Of a stretch of 64,000 nucleotides of DNA, positions 11,801 through 24,800 are shown piece by piece (position 1 is the stretch's first letter; each line of letters opens with the position of its first letter). The notes under the pieces are model-generated. The model worked only from the letters and a program-made list of their open reading frames with translations, did no database searches and was not told the origin of the DNA. The position numbers and the translations under genes were made by a program. Source of the DNA: Hormiphora californensis (Eukaryota; Animalia; Ctenophora); assembly GCA_020137815.1 (NCBI GenBank), contig CM035355.1, positions 4,216,001 through 4,280,000 of the forward strand. The letters are read 5' to 3'.

Positions 11801-14800
11801 GAAACATAGGAAGGTCATTCCCAAGCCGTACCTGAAACACAGAATTATGTAAATTGCGGTGTAAATGAAAGTGTTTTCTGTGAAAAACAACTCTTCAATC
11901 TAAAGCATATATTATCTCTGAAAATCTCTGAAATTCTCGTTGAAAGTGCTAATTGTAGCCTCTTGTTAGTGCTTGTTTAGCCTCTTTGAACCTACCCGCA
12001 CTGTGCAACTACATTTGCAAGATTCCTCGCCTCTGCCCCCACATACTCTATTACAAGTGGATAGAAAGTGACTGTGAGACCGCCAATACAGAATCCTTCA
12101 ATCTGAAATACATCAAATTAGTTTAGCGATTAAAAATACAAGGAATAGTTCACTGGCACGCCCTAATTTCACATTTAATCACTTAACCAACTCCTGTACA
12201 GAGTGTAGGATGATTATAAAAGTGATTGACCATTTTACTAACGACTATGACATACTGTCAGGCCAATGCTCTGACCATAGTTCTCGTACAGAACAACCTT
12301 ATTTGAAGAAATGAGAATAGGGTCAGGCCAATGCTCTGATAGATTACATACCGATCTGATGGCGATGAATGAATTATAATCTGAGAGGAATGCCGAACTG
12401 CAGTTGAAAATCCCGGTGAGGAGGAGGAATCCTGTGGCCAGCCACTTTCTTCCAACGTAGTCTGCTATCAAGCCAATAAAGAGTGATCCAATGGGATATC
12501 CCGCGAAAAATAACGTCGACCCGAGACTTATCTAGGGGGAGAGTTTGTCTTTGTAGATGACTGGTATTGACATCCCATTAACGTGACAGCTAGGTGACAG
12601 GTGACTGCGTGATAGGTGAAGTGTTGAGTAACAATAAGGGTGACTACATGATCTGTTACAATTAGGGTGACTGCAGGATATGTTACAATTAGGGTGACTA
12701 CAGGATCTGTTACAATTAGGGTGACTACAGGATCTGTTACAATTAGGGTGACTACAGGATCTGTTACAATTAGGGTGACTGTAGGATCTGTTACAATTAG
12801 GGTGACTACAGGATCTGTTACAATTAGGGTGACTGCAGGATCTGTTACAATTAGGGTGACTACAGGATCTGTTACAATTAGGGTGACTGTAGGATCTGTT
12901 ACAATTAGGGTGACTACAGGATCTGTTACAATTAGGGTGACTACAGGATCTGTTACAGCTAGGGTGACTGTACGATCTGTTACAACTAGGGTGACTGCAG
13001 GATCTGTTACAATTAGGGTGACTGCAGGGTCTGTTACAATTAGGGTGACTACAGGATCTGTTACAGTTAGGGTGACTGTAGGATCTGTTACAATTAGGAC
13101 TGCAGGATCTGTTACAATTAGGGTGACTGCAGGGTCTGTTACAATTAGGGTGACTACAGGATCTGTTACAATTAGGGTGACTGCAGGATCTGTTACAATT
13201 AGGGTGACTACAGGATCTGTTACAATTAGGGTGACTACAGGATCTGTTACAACTAGGGTGACTGTAGGATCTGTTACAATTAGGGTGACTGTAGGATCTG
13301 TTACAATTAGGGTGACTGCAGGATCTGTTACAATTAGGGTGACTGTAGGATCTTTTACAACTAGGGTGACTACAGGATCTGTTACAATTAGGGTGACTGC
13401 AGGATCTGTTACAACTAGGGTGACTGTTACAGCTAGGGTGACTACATGATCTGTTACAACTAGGGTGACTGCAGGATCTGTTACAATTAGGGTGACTATA
13501 GGATCTGTTACAATTAGGGTGACTGTAGGATCTGTTACAATTAGGGTGACTGTAGGATCTGTTACAATTAGGGTGACTGCAGGATCTGTTACAACTAGGG
13601 TGACTATAGGATCTGTTACAATTAGGGTGACTGCAGGATCTGTTACAATTAGGGTGACTGCAGGATCTGTTACAATTAGGGTGACTGCAGGGTCTGTTAC
13701 AATTAGGGTGACTGTAGGATCTGTTACAATTAGGGTGACTGTAGGATCTGTTACAATTAGGGTGACTGCAGGATCTGTTACAATTAGAGTGACTACAGGA
13801 TCTGTTACAATTAGGGTGACTGCAGGATCTGTTACAACTAGGGTGACTGTTACAGCTAGGGTGACTACAGGATCTGTTACAATTAGGGTGACTGCAGGAT
13901 CTGTTACAATTAGGGTGACTGCAGGATCTGTTACAATTAGGGTGACTGCAGGATCTGTTACAATTAGGGTGACTATAGGATCTGTTACAATTAGGGTGAC
14001 TGCAGGATCTGTTACAATTAGGGTGACTGCAGGATCTGTTACAATTAGGGTGACTGCAGGATCTGTTACAATTAGGGTGACTATAGGATCTGTTACAATT
14101 AGGGTGACTGCAGGATCTGTTACAATTAGGGTGACTATAGGATCTGTTACAATTAGGGTGACTGCAGGATCTGTTACAATTAGGGTGACTGCAGGATCTA
14201 TTACAATTAGGGTGACTGGAGGATCTGTTACAATTAGGGTGACTATAGGATCTGTTACAATTAGGGTGACTGCAGGGTCTGTTACAATTAGGGTGACTAC
14301 AGGATCTGTTACAATTAGGGTGACTGTAGGATCTGTTACAATTAGGACTGCAGGATCTGTTACAATTAGGGTGACTGCAGGGTCTGTTACAATTAGGGTG
14401 ACTACAGGATCTGTTACAATTAGGGTGACTGCAGGATCTGTTACAATTAGGGTGACTACAGGATCTGTTACAATTAGGGTGACTACAGGATCTGTTACAA
14501 CTAGGGTGACTGTAGGATCTGTTACAATTAGGGTGACTGTAGGATCTGTTACAATTAGGGTGACTGCAGGATCTGTTACAATTAGGGTGACTGTAGGATC
14601 TTTTACAACTAGGGTGACTACAGGATCTGTTACAATTAGGGTGACTGCAGGATCTGTTACAACTAGGGTGACTGTTACAGCTAGGGTGACTACATGATCT
14701 GTTACAACTAGGGTGACTGCAGGATCTGTTACAATTAGGGTGACTATAGGATCTGTTACAATTAGGGTGACTGTAGGATCTGTTACAATTAGGGTGACTG

Positions 14801-17800
14801 TAGGATCTGTTACAATTAGGGTGACTGCAGGATCTGTTACAACTAGGGTGACTATAGGATCTGTTACAATTAGGGTGACTGCAGGATCTGTTACAATTAG
14901 GGTGACTGCAGGATCTGTTACAATTAGGGTGACTGCAGGGTCTGTTACAATTAGGGTGACTGTAGGATCTGTTACAATTAGGGTGACTGTAGGATCTGTT
15001 ACAATTAGGGTGACTGCAGGATCTGTTACAATTAGAGTGACTACAGGATCTGTTACAATTAGGGTGACTGCAGGATCTGTTACAACTAGGGTGACTGTTA
15101 CAGCTAGGGTGACTACAGGATCTGTTACAATTAGGGTGACTGCAGGATCTGTTACAATTAGGGTGACTGCAGGATCTGTTACAATTAGGGTGACTGCAGG
15201 ATCTGTTACAATTAGGGTGACTATAGGATCTGTTACAATTAGGGTGACTGCAGGATCTGTTACAATTAGGGTGACTGCAGGATCTGTTACAATTAGGGTG
15301 ACTGCAGGATCTGTTACAATTAGGGTGACTATAGGATCTGTTACAATTAGGGTGACTGCAGGATCTGTTACAATTAGGGTGACTATAGGATCTGTTACAA
15401 TTAGGGTGACTGCAGGATCTGTTACAATTAGGGTGACTGCAGGATCTATTACAATTAGGGTGACTGGAGGATCTGTTACAATTAGGGTGACTATAGGATC
15501 TGTTACAATTAGGGTGACTGTAGGATCTGTTACAATTAGGGTGACTATAGGATCTGTTACAATTAGGGTGACTGTAGGATCTGTTACAATTAGGGTGACT
15601 GCAGGATCTGTTACAATTAGGGTGACTGCAGGATCTGTTACAACTAGGGTGACTGTAGGATCTGTTACAACTAGGGTGACTGTAGGATCTGTTACAATTA
15701 GGGTGACTGTAGGATCTGTTACAATTAGGGTGACTGCAGGATCTGTTACAATTAGGGTGACTGCAGGATCTGTTACAATTAGGGTGACTGCAGGATCTGT
15801 TACAATTAGAGTGACTACAGGATCTGTTACAATTAGGGTGACTACAGGATCTGTTACAATTAGGGTGACTGTGGGATCTGTTACAATAAGGGTGACTACA
15901 GGATCTGTTACAATTAGGGTGACTGCAGGATCTGTTACAACTAGGGTGACTATAGGATCTGTTACAAGTGCCGAGAACTGTTACAACTTACCTTGTAGGT
16001 TTCACTGCAGATGAGTTCGAATTGTGTTATTAGATTGTCCCTTGATCCATCCCAGTCCCATTCGTCTCTGTCCATCTTACACAGCTGTAAAATAGTGTTG
16101 TAGCATTGTGTGGCTCACACCTCATTTTGATTTCTAACACACTTTCTTGTAAACAAAATGATGGAATCTGTAATCTGATCATTCCCAACTAATTTTATAT
16201 TTTAGTAAACTGATCTGTTTAAATTAAGAGAGATCATGTACGGTCAAACATGCGCTGTTCAGACTATCACGTACGGCTCACGTACAAACTGATTTTAGTT
16301 AGGGTAGAAAGGGGTAAAATGGCACACGGGGTAAAATGGCACATGTATGGGGTAAAATGGTCCTAGTTATTACATGTAGTCACGTGACTTTTTCTCCAGC
16401 GGAGACCTGCTCGTTCTGTTCCGAATTTTTGCTTTAAAACTGCTGTAATTTCTGTTTGAGTTGGCCGATTTTAATTTTGCAAAAACTGCCAGTTAGGCTT
16501 TTTATCCTTCTAAAACTTGGTATAAAAATTTTTCAAAAAACCCACTATTAAGTTGATTAAATTGTCAAATTAGTCAAACTGGGGTAAAATGGTTCACCCT
16601 CGCTGGGGTAAAATGGTTCACCCTGGGACCAATGAAATCGAGCCTCCAATACCACGTGATACCAACTGGGGTAAAATGGTCCAGCACACTGGGGTAAAAT
16701 GGTCCAGCAGAACAGAAATTACTGAAGATAACATGGACCATTTTACCCCAGTGCTCTAACAACACCAGGCACGTGATAAAAATCGAGCAATGCTATTGGC
16801 TGGACCATTTTACCCCAGTGCAAGATTTCCAAAAAAAGCCCTACCAAACTTTTTGAATTGATTAATTAAGCTATTAAATAAAACTTTCAGATTTTAAAAT
16901 TTTGCTCGTCTGAAAGGAAAACGTTTCATTGGATAGCCTATATAATTGTTTTTCTTCTTGCTGTATAAATTGAGTATTTTAGAACCTAAAACGTTAGAAA
17001 GTGTGCCATTTTACCCCTTTCTACCCTAATAATGATATTAATTTATTGCAATTAATGATTTAAATTAACAATGATATTAATTGATTGCAATTAGTGATTT
17101 AAACACGTACAATAAAAACAAAACACGAACAAACAAAAACACGTACAATACTCTTGTTCTGATATGTCATGTTGCTCGTCAATTCCAAACATCGATCTGA
17201 GATGCATCTCCACGGAGGTACTACCGAGAGAATGTGAACCTGTTGAGAGCATGTTGATTAGGTCTCTACTAGTGAGGGATATGTGTGAACAGATCAGAGA
17301 TATACATGTGAACAGGTAGAAAAAGTGAGGGAAGAAAGAGAAAGGGGCCTTGATAGATTAGGAATATTTCTAATCATCATGTGTACAGGAGTCAAGATAA
17401 TGTCAGTTGATTGATTGTACAGTTAAGTGAACACATGTCCATTTGACCAATTCAGTACACGATCTGATCTCATAGCAATAACTGTGATTGATTGGTACAT
17501 GTGTAGTCTAACCACTGGGTTAATCATTTCTATATCATCCTGATAAATACGTCGACAACTGCCTGGTCGTCAAGAGCTAATTATACATTCACACAGGCCG
17601 TTTAGGATACGCGGTTTGCAGTCAGTCGGATCTTTATTAATCGACGCTTCTTTTAGCTGTGTGAGATAATTACACTTTCTATTTCCGCACTCTCACTCGA
17701 TTACCCCGCCAACACAGACCTCCTCCTCGTCATATGATGATCTTAACCAAACAACCGCTTCTGGGTATGTTCCAGTAACGGGGATTTTAACAGTTTTGAT

Positions 17801-18720
17801 CAAAAGTATGGATTAAGGTTATGTAGATAAGTTATCAAGCTTAATTTCAAGAGAAAATAACTGGGTCTGAAATCACAGTTGGAGTCCCGGCGCCTGACTT
17901 TCCGATTTTAGCATTCCAAAAGTTTAAATCTGGATGGGTTCCGGCAAGTCTCGTTTGCATGGGTTTTAGCCTCCACAGTAAATATACACACAAACACACA
18001 TGGTATGCGGCTACACTACCAGGGCTTCCTAACAATGCATAAGCTGTACTAGGAGGAAAACCTAACGAGGGGATGAACAGTAAAGTGGCTTGAAAGTTGG
18101 TCTAGAACCCTTCGTACAACGATATAATAATAATCTTGCACGCTACAGGGTAAACTTGCTTCGAGGAATCGAAACAAGACGTGAGTTATGTTATTATCTA
18201 GTTCAAGTTAAGACGACTATACAGATGTGTCATCGCAAAAAGGAATTGTGTCGGAAATGGCCCGACTGTAAGGTCAAACATCAATGAGCATCACAAAGCT
18301 GAGAATATTAACTACAAAATGCTGCTAACTCCCCCTCCCCTGAAAGGAATTTAAAGTTCTACGAGTTGTTATTATTAAGTTCTATACAGATGTTATCGCA
18401 AAGATAAACCGTGCTGGAAATGTTCTAACATCAATGAGTATCACAAAGCTGAGAAAAACAAAATGCTGCTACCCCCCTCACACCATACCACTGGAACTGA
18501 AACAAAGTTGCAAAACTATGGTCTAGGGATGCGGGGAATAAAGTTTATTCTCCGCATCCATTTATTCAATAAACGAAGAAAAAAAACCTGAAATTACCTG
18601 AAAGTCCAGTAGTCCGGCGGTGACCCTCTCCCCGATGGTATACATGACCACCACGAACATCTGGAAGTTCCCAAAAACTCCCAAATAGGAGTACAACTCC
18701 TCGATATCATACACAGCCAT
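7739..18720 (-). CDS. SLC22-like organic cation/anion transporter (MFS), about 12 exons
   Basis: Exons give LGVFGNFQ, ITQFELIC, ADYVGRK, PESPRFL, IDRVGRR, YSAEIFPTTVRSSGLG, LPET..VTLPRTI; phases consistent, no frameshifts seen. Confidence 0.92.
8733..8820. repeat. (GA)n microsatellite
   Basis: Direct inspection; similar tracts at ~24520-24610, 29380-29475, 48410-48610, 59745-59890, 62975-63120. Confidence 0.97.
9201..10633. mobile_element. Long foldback non-autonomous DNA transposon with TTAA TSD (Kolobok-like)
   Basis: TTAA|GGGTACGCTAACC...GGTTAGCGTACCC|TTAA; arms of roughly 550-600 bp are near-perfect reverse complements; RR..YY termini with TTAA fit Kolobok rather than piggyBac (CCY..RGG). 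Confidence 0.85.
9252..9390. mobile_element. Small MITE nested in the left arm of the foldback element
   Basis: GGTCCAGTTACAAAGTTTGAAACTGATA / TATCAGTTTCAAACTTTGTAACTGGTCC TIRs; absent from the right arm, which shows the empty site CCGTAGGG; TA or GTA/TTA target duplication. Confidence 0.85.
10639..10721 (+). mobile_element. Short dispersed element (CCAATCAG...GTCACGTGAC...CCAATCAG family)
   Basis: Core identical to the copy at 32207-32282; flanked by duplicated CGTGGTGTTAA (9190-9200 and 10722-10732). Confidence 0.75.
11569..11665. repeat. 16-bp tandem repeat (AAAACTGTACCTGTGT)n derived from an SLC22 exon end/donor
   Basis: Minus strand unit ACACAG|GTACAGTTTT mirrors the true donor ACACAG|GTACATAAC at 11659. 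Confidence 0.85.
12258..12342. repeat. Short dispersed intronic repeat
   Basis: AAATGAGAATAG(G/A)GTCAGGCCAATGCTCTGATAG shared with 24230-24310. Confidence 0.7.
12625..15967. repeat. 27-bp minisatellite (TTAGGGTGACTGCAGGATCTGTTACAA), ~120 copies, with a 1248-bp higher-order repeat, inside an SLC22 intron
   Basis: Direct inspection; rare variant units (TACATGATCT) recur 1248 bp apart (ORF ends 13449 and 14697). Confidence 0.97.
16302..17026. mobile_element. MITE with GGGTAGAAAGGGGTAAAATGGCACAC TIRs
   Basis: TA|GGGTAG...CTACCC|TA; internal GGGGTAAAATGG motif repeated about 10 times, orientation flips near 16700-16735. Confidence 0.88.
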
Positions 18721-20129
18721 GGTTACAACTGATCTCTGCGGGGTAGTCGTGGAGACCGGGTGGTTGCTAGGCGCGTCGCCAAGGAAAGTTACAGTAGACT
18801 GATCGGTCTCTGATCAGTGAGACTTGGTCAACAGGGAGAGAGAGAGAGAGCGACAATACTAGATAACAGGTGATGATTAAAATTTGAACTGGTTAGTACA
18901 CCGCACAGAGGTCACGTGACATCTACCCTACACGTGATACCTGTGAGAGAGGCAATAGGCAAGCGGAAAAGAAGACATGTGGCCGAGATTTAATTGATTA
19001 AATACACGTGACATAATTGGTTGCTGGTAATCGGTTCTTAGCTTGGTGCAGAAGCAAATACACGTGCAGTGCAGGAGGAGGAGTCGTATTGACAGGGTAT
19101 CAATATGAGGGGAGTAATCATGTGGGAACTGGGGTGCAATAAGGAGTGGTCGGGAGTTGGTGAGATATGCTGTGGGATGATGTAGTATGTACTAGTTTTG
19201 CTAGGGACAACAGATATCAGAAATAAAAGAGGATTCTGTCACAGCTAAATAACATTATCATAAGGGAAGTCTACTGCAGAATTGATATGAGGAATGGATT
19301 CCCCTGTTGTGCAGAAGATTGAGAGGAGAGGAGTAGACATTGAGTAATCAACCGTTGTTGTTGTGCATTGTTAATAGCTACACAAGGGAGCTGGGGCGAT
19401 AAAAGACAGGCACGAATGTTAATCAAACTGCCGGTTATGGGGTCTTCCCTCACAAATCAAGTAATATTATTATAACAGCTATTATAGGTACCATGTCCCG
19501 TACAGTAGTTACTCCACGTACATGTGATATAACCGAGTAGCTATATATAATTATGCCAATTCTCTGACTACGGTATGAGAATAGATTCCATACTAGGGTC
19601 AGGCCAAAGCTCGAACTAGGTATACAGTGAAGCAGGCCCATATTTTAGGGTACATCAAAAGAATTGTAGGATTATGATTGAGTTGCGAGTAATAGCCCAA
19701 ATCTAGCTCTGTTCAAAAAGCTTATCCCTTGAGACATGATCAGACAAAGAAAAATCTCCGAAGTAATAGGTGAAAATGATGATATTGGATCAAAGAAAAG
19801 ATTAAAATTCGCTTCTGATTTCCCGTTAGAAGAAAAGGTGATCATGTGAACCTGACGTCAATGCACTCTAACCGCACTCAAAGACTTTCTCGAAATTAGT
19901 AAGAAGTTCGATGTCTCATCTCGTTGTGGTTACGAAGTCACCCGTGGGGCGCTTGCGCGGAGGGATAATTTCATTACCAACATCTAGTTGTGGTTGGGGT
20001 GAGGGTTGGTGAGTTGGGATCACGTTATTGAGATTGTGCGGTTTGTGGCCACATGTGTGTTTAGATTGACCTCCAAAATATGTTCATAGCTTGAAACCTT
20101 GAATAGCCACAAACAAAATATATGTAATA

Positions 20130-20480
20130 CAGTCGGACCCCGATTAACCGGGATACTCGGGGGAAAGGATTTTGTCCACTAAATCGGAGTCCCCAGTATA
20201 TAATCTGAGCGAAAATTTGATACAGTCGGACCCCGATTTAGGGGCCCCCGATTTAGTGGCACCCCGATTTAGGGACAGGATTTTTTTCCCCGATATAGGA
20301 AATTAACCTTATTTGACCCCGATTTAGTGGATACCCCAATTTAGTGGACAAGAGCCTTTCCCCCGAGGGTGTCCCTAAATCGGGGTCTGACTGTAGTTTC
20401 TTAAACCGGGGGAATGTATCCTCCCATGGTAAATCGCGTTTACGGCTAATTGGGGTTTCTGGTAAACCGGTGTCCAACTG
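20130..20480. mobile_element. CAGTCGG-family MITE with a younger same-family copy nested inside (20223-20393)
   Basis: Two TA|CAGTCGGACCCCG starts (20130, 20223) and two ...ACTG|TA ends (20393, 20480). Confidence 0.85.
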
Positions 20481-21825
20481 TATCTAGTTCAATGGCTAGA
20501 AGCTAATAAGGTTTCTCAACGAAGTTCTTCTTAGAGCGCGATTCATGAGAATGCAATGATTTTCTATTCACCTAGCTCTCTCTCTTATAGCTCTTGGTGT
20601 TTTGATTTTATGAGAAAAAAGGATTGCATTGTTGAATTGTAAACAAGCAGATAGAGTGAATTAAATTGCACAAGAAAAGATATTTCAGTAGAGTTACAGT
20701 ACCGAGTTACTCTGAGCTGTACTACATAACCATCATACTAGACTTGGGTATGATATCCCCTCATTGGGGGGCGAGTGAAAAAGACATCGTACCCAAATAC
20801 TAGACATGACTACTTGACTATATTTCATCAGCTTGCTCCTCCAATGGTCGAGTACAGTAGTCGCCAACCAATTAAGTCTGGCGCCGCCGATCTGAGAATC
20901 AGAATGGGGTCTTGGCGCCACCACATAGCCAATCAAAGTACTGGGTTTGCTGTAAGAGCATTGGCGGAGCGCACGAGAACTGTGGTCATAGCATAGGCCT
21001 GACAGTGAGTTTGTCACTACCTACTAGTTGCAGCTTCCGAAGCTAGGTTTGCCACTACCACACACACGTGCGGACACGCAACACACACGCTGCGACAGGA
21101 GCAGAGGAATTAGTGAATAAAATAATGATCGATCAAATAGACGAGCTGTAATTATTGTTACCCCGGATCACCAACTTGACAGGATGTGAGCACAGTGAAG
21201 AACTACAGATATTTCATATAGTGCAGGCCTGGAGGAGAAGAACAATAATTATTCCCTTTTCCCTCTGTACTTTCCTCCAATTTTACCTCCCCTAGATAGC
21301 ATACCTGCTGCTGCTCAAATGATATGATAGTAGTACTGGTATTATACCATTCGGGAGGTTTGATACTTTCTCATACTGATATCTGACAGATCTTCAGTGA
21401 AATAATTCTACCGACTCCTCCCTTCGTATTATACAGCCCATGCTATACCACTCCTTCCTTGTCAAAACAAGACTTTTTGTCTCCTCCAGAAATTAGTTGT
21501 AATGGGTAATTCTTTGTTACTCAACAAGTAATTATTAATGAAAACACACTCGTTATACTTGAGCAAAATCTTCCACTTATCCATTTACCACGCATTTAAC
21601 AAGTGAATACGGAAACAATTATTCAACTGTGTCTCTGCGCTCCCGGGACAAACGTCGAATAGTTCAAAACAATTACAGTATTTCAAGAAACAACAAAACT
21701 TCAGACATGGCTGCATTATTATCATCAATCATCATGACCATTGCCGAATGCTCGGACTTAGAAGTCTCTACTTAAAATCTTTAACAAATAAATAATGTCC
21801 AAAAAGTTGTTCTTGATACGTTATG

Positions 21826-24800
21826 CTATAAATTCATGTCACAATGATCTCCCTCTTCTTCCTTCTCGTCACTACCCTCACTGAGCAACATATCACTGCT
21901 CTCATCCCGCTCGACAGACTGTTGTTTTCGAGGATTTGATAGGTAGAAAACCGCTGCCAGCGATTGGAGGAGGAGAGCCACTATGATGGTGATGAAATTA
22001 CTTCCTACTGCGAATAAAGAGTCATTAAATAATTAATTAATGATTAGTTGAAACTCAGAACTCAAATAAATTTTTATACGGCTACAGGAATCAGCAGAAA
22101 AATTGTCTAGTGCTAGCTACTTACCTAGGGCCTTTTCAGTCGGTGAGAGAACTCCCTGTTTCACAGATGAGTTGTGTGTAACTACAACTTTAAGTAACCT
22201 CTCCAAAAACTTGGATACCCCAATCAATATCTTGAACACGACAAACTTCCTCACAACTTTGTGCACCTGAGGGGTTTTGGGAAAATCAATTTGAGTTTTT
22301 TAGATTCCATCAATGTCAAACTTTGCTCTCCTGACGATCTGAAGTGATGCTGGATGTTTACTGTGCATTGCACAGTAAACAACTTACCCTCAGCTTGTTA
22401 AATTCTGCCCGACACACCACCATTATGGCCCAAATTGCCCCCATAAAGGACACCAGCACCAGAGTATCAGCCAGATAAACACTCCAGGATTTGTCCTCAA
22501 AAGTGCAGTCCATGACCTGAAGCACTCGGGAGAACTCAACGAAGCTCTGAACTACCACTACCTGCCCTACCATCAACGATAATAGCTTACCTGTCCTCCT
22601 GCAGGAGAGAGGATGGGATTAGGTACCAGTCAGCGAGGGGGAGTTGCCATGGTAACAAATAGTGACGCACCTCATGTCACCATAGCAACCCACCAGCGAT
22701 AACTAAGTTCTGAACATTGAGTGACACATCTTCAACAGCTGAACTGTGAGCTGTATGAAATCACCTTGTACTCTGGAGGGTAGGTAAGTATGGTATACAA
22801 CAGATAGGCGGTACTCTCAGGCTCATCTCCCTCTCGCCAGACCATGAGAACCTGATGCGATAAGGGGTTACTCTCTACAATAGATAAGCTTGTTATTATC
22901 AAGTTCTACGTTGAAGCGAAGTGCTGACACAGTGTCAGGCGACTCAAGTTCTACCTCCTCTCATGTGACCTTCTGTTGTAAAGGCCATACTCATGTGAGC
23001 CACCTTTGTGGAAGTCACACCAGCCAGTCTGAACAATTCAATACATGAGAGCTTGTTACTTACCCTGCCCCTTCTAAATAGCTGAGGATGAGTCTGTAGA
23101 ATGCCCAGCAGCAAACTGCCTCGTACCTGCAAAGCAAGGGGTGGTATCATCAGGGATGGGTTATCATAACATCTTACCCAATACCTTACCCAATACCTTA
23201 CCCAATACCTCACCCAATACCCGTATAATATGATATTTGATGCTTTTCATTAACTACTTAACTGGGACAAAAAACTACTAAGATTTTTAGAAATAACAGT
23301 AAAAATTCATTCCACTTTGAAAACAATCGCAACATTCAATCCGAGTCTTTTCTCTTTCAGTCCATCTCTGTCACAGACCCCGTGGTCAAACTGACAATGC
23401 AATATTCTCTCTCTAGCACATTTCCATCTCTTCACACACAAACTCATTCAGGACGGCATTGTTGAGAAGGAGGGCCATTTCCGAGTAGGTCACACACCCG
23501 GCAGTGTTGGATGCCTCTGAGCAAGCACTCTGCCACCACCTGAACATTTCCTCGGTCTGCTGCTTCAGCTCAGCCATTGTCCTGGGAGAGGGGAGGGAGG
23601 GGATTAGTTTTTGTTACCATGGTAACGGGGAGAGAGGGGGATTAGCTCTAATAAACAAGGTGAGGGATTGACATTTCCTTCTCTCTTTTAAAGACTCTTT
23701 AGGAGCGTGGTTACGGTTTGGTTGTCAATCAACTTGGGAGTTGAGTTGGATTTGGCTTGCATGACTCACACGGCACACCGCATTCTGTTCCTCTGTGAGG
23801 GTTCGGTAGATCAAGGCCATTGCCTCTTATACTTACTGTTTGCATGGAGCACAGGTTGTCTCCTTGGGAAGGCCATTAAGAGCAGTGGTAAGGCTGGTCT
23901 TATCACACTGTCCCATTGCGGTACACACAAGCTGCAGGTGGGGAGGAGAGTTTTAGTTACCATAGTAACGGGGAGTTGGCTATAGATACCATGGCAACAG
24001 AGAGTTTACGTTGCTATGGTAAGTATCATATATAATATGCTGTCGGATTTACCTGGGGGTTAAGTTTGGCTTCGAGGGTGCTAAGGGCAAACTTTCCGTA
24101 TTCCAAGACCATGTCTTTGCACGTCTGCGTATACGTCGCAGGGATGTAGTTACACAGCTGCAGGTGTAAAAGATACTATTAAATTAAATTTGATTTGGAA
24201 CTTTGATGAGGTTTCTAATTCAAAGAAACTCTGTGAGGCTCTGATCACGGTTCTCGTGTGCTCCGCATTTGAAAGAAATGAGAATAGAGTCAGGCCAATG
24301 CTCTGATAGACGAAAATAACCCCAACAGTACATGTGTTGGTAACCTTGGCAACCAAAAACAACCACTTACGGAAGAAGTTAGATTGAGGACCTTGTCCTC
24401 GTTTCCAGCGGTGAAAACATAGCTCTCAATCAGGCTGAACGACCAGGTGCACGCCTTACAGCTGATGTATCCACCGACTTTATCCTAGTGTGGCAGTGGT
24501 TATGTAAGGGAACATTTTGGGTGGAGAGAGAGAGAAAAAGACAGAGAGAGACAGATAGAGAGAAAGAGAGAGAGAGAAAGAGAAAGACAGAGAGAGACAG
24601 AGAGACAGAAGTCACATGAGCACATACCTCCTGCTCCTGCCAGAAATTCTGAGCACAGAACTCCATCGCAGCACACTCGGTAGCAGTTTCTTCATTTTCA
24701 CACCAGTAACTGGGTCCCTCATGGCACCTGCTCTCCCCGAACCCGGCGGAGGCGACACAGACAAGCGCAGCAAAGGCAACGACAAACTTCATTTTCAGTT

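Noticed and set aside
12625-15967. CRISPR-like appearance of regular repeats (also 60790-62207)
   Set aside because: No unique spacers, eukaryotic context, no cas genes.
12667-16014. Three long VTIRVTAGS-repeat ORFs
   Set aside because: By-product of a stop-free 27-bp satellite on the antisense strand of an SLC22 intron; no ATG start or flanking gene structure.
23770-23836. Apparent 11-13 nt micro-intron GTAAGTATAAG(AG) in the saposin gene
   Set aside because: The donor joins in phase to the normal acceptor at 23582; the following pseudo-coding stretch overlaps a dispersed CTCTGTGAGGGTTCGG repeat.
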